A stretch of DNA of 64,000 bases, taken from NCBI RefSeq assembly GCF_004010195.1, contig NC_057718.1, positions 97,761,300 to 97,825,299 on the forward strand. The letters are read 5' to 3'. How positions within the stretch are numbered: position 1 is the first letter of the stretch; each line of letters begins with the position of its first letter. The stretch comes from Chiloscyllium plagiosum (lineage: Eukaryota). Made by a program: the position numbers and the translations under genes. Shown in pieces: positions 63,335-64,000 of this stretch. The notes below the pieces were generated by a model. It had not been told where the DNA came from, did no database searches, and saw nothing but the letters and a program-made list of their open reading frames with translations.

Positions 63335-63554
63335 CATGATTTGGAGATGCCGGTGTTGGACTGGGATGTACAAAGTTAAAAATCACACAACACAAGGTTA
63401 TAGTCCAACAGGTTTGTTTGGAAGCACTAGCTTTCAGAGTGCTGCTCCTTCATCGGGTGGTCGATCTGATGAAGGAGCGTCGCTCCGAAAGCTAGTGCTT
63501 CCAAATAAACCTGTTGGACTGTAACCTGGTGTTGTGTGATTTTTAACTTTGTAC
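63335..63554. mobile_element. Penelope-type fold-back element, family A
   Basis: Arms 63368-63456 and 63466-63554; CTGATGA-A-GGAGC-GTC-GCTCC-GAAAGCTA at 63466-63494. Confidence 0.9.
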
Positions 63555-64000
63555 CACCAGTGGTTGTTCAAAGAGGTCCTGACTCCACATTTAGCCCACG
63601 TTTGTGGAGTGATTATTCTCAGGCTTTAAATGACACTTGTTTTAATGGACTCTGGCTCCTTATCATAGCAAACTGACATTTACTCTTGTAGGGAGTAAGC
63701 ACATTGTAGCAATTAACTCCAAGGTCTGCCCTGTCTTGCTTTGTGATTGTTTGATAGAGTGCCTTGGACAATTTGGAAACAAAAATAATTCTTTTGTGTT
63801 CATGACAAACGGAAGCAATCAGAACTGAAAACTAAACAAAGCAAATTGCTTCCGGTAATGCATGTCCAGACCTACTCAGTGTACAGATGCAAAATGATGA
63901 GCAACTTTGAAAAGTAAGAATAACTCCAAACACGGGGCTTCAGAATTGTAAAGCTTGGTTGCACCAAGACAACTGCAGTGTATATGTGTACTGCAGGAAC

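Overview
Repeat-dense, apparently non-coding vertebrate DNA with three N-gaps (12233-12526, 20526-21368, 40205-40222). The repeat families (HE1-type tRNA SINEs with (AATCT)n tails, CR1/HER1-type LINEs with (CTATGACT)n tails, a DeuSINE-like element) point to a shark; this is inferred from remembered family sequences, not a database search. No convincing host gene was found, and the longer ORFs are transposon fragments, gap artefacts or minisatellite frames. The window holds CR1, Rex1/Babar, Tx1, RTE and Penelope-like (GIY-YIG) retroelement fragments, two solo LTRs, a Tigger-like MITE and a Harbinger relic. The main observations are: (1) about 20 short Penelope-type terminal-repeat insertions of about five families, carrying minimal hammerhead-ribozyme motifs (CUGANGA-N-stem II-GAAA-palindromic stem III), mostly as fold-backs with 12-17 bp TSDs; (2) a ~1.5 kb palindrome (57084-58627) around a 30/33-bp hairpin minisatellite; (3) an inverted local copy of a Penelope end plus its flank; (4) a Tx1 LINE with three stacked 3' ends inside a solo LTR. 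Hammerheads in Penelope-like elements are an established phenomenon, so any novelty lies in these particular families and arrangements.
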